A stretch of 41,149 nucleotides of DNA. Source: Trichomonas gallinae (taxonomy: Eukaryota). The notes under the pieces are model-generated. The model had not been told where the DNA came from, ran no database searches, and was given only the letters and a program-made list of their open reading frames with translations. The translations under genes were made by a program, and so were the position numbers. Positions within the stretch are counted from its first letter, which is position 1, and each line of letters starts with the position of its first letter. This document shows, in pieces, positions 41,085-41,149 of the stretch. The stretch is from the NCBI GenBank assembly GCA_008369845.1, contig MRSU01002614.1, positions 1 through 41,149 on the forward strand, written 5' to 3'.

Positions 41085-41149
41085 TGTCCCAGGCCAGAAT
41101 CGAACTGGCCTCTGATCCGTGTCAAGGATCCATTCTAACCAATATACTA
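41085..41149 (-). tRNA. tRNA-Val(GAC); the first ~7 nt lie outside the window
   Basis: Minus strand TAGTATATTGGTTAGAATG GATCC-TTGACAC-GGATC AGAG GCCAG-TTCGATT-CTGGC CTGGGAC A. Perfect anticodon and T stems, A/B boxes, anticodon at 41121-41123, discriminator A. Confidence 0.9.

Overview
AT-rich, intron-less eukaryotic DNA that looks like a trichomonad (probably Trichomonas vaginalis or a close relative). The organism call is inferred from the BspA-type LRR, Bap-like and ankyrin families, the TCA(T/C)T initiators and the AAAGTGAC upstream motifs. About 18 genes can be supported: a C2-like protein, a tandem E2F/DP-type winged-helix protein, a hypothetical with a possible anticodon-binding-type fold, a membrane RING ligase, a degenerate Alg5-like GT2, a Rab GTPase, a small secreted protein, a BspA surface protein, a 996-aa ankyrin protein, a ~10-kb Bap-like surface gene broken into two -1-shifted ORFs, a TTLL ligase, a small membrane protein, a cytosolic carboxypeptidase (CCP/AGBL), a UIM mini-protein, ADAT2, YJU2 and two further hypotheticals. 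A 5'-truncated tRNA-Val(GAC) sits at the right edge. Intergenic DNA holds decayed ankyrin and BspA copies and a 68-bp TIR element with a 7-bp target-site duplication. Best leads: the frameshift in the giant surface gene at an in-frame A_AAA_AAT heptamer, the mini TIR element, the divergent tubulin glutamylation writer/eraser pair, the stand-alone Rpn10-C-terminus-like protein and the G34 Val tRNA. All calls come from reading motifs by eye; no searches were run.
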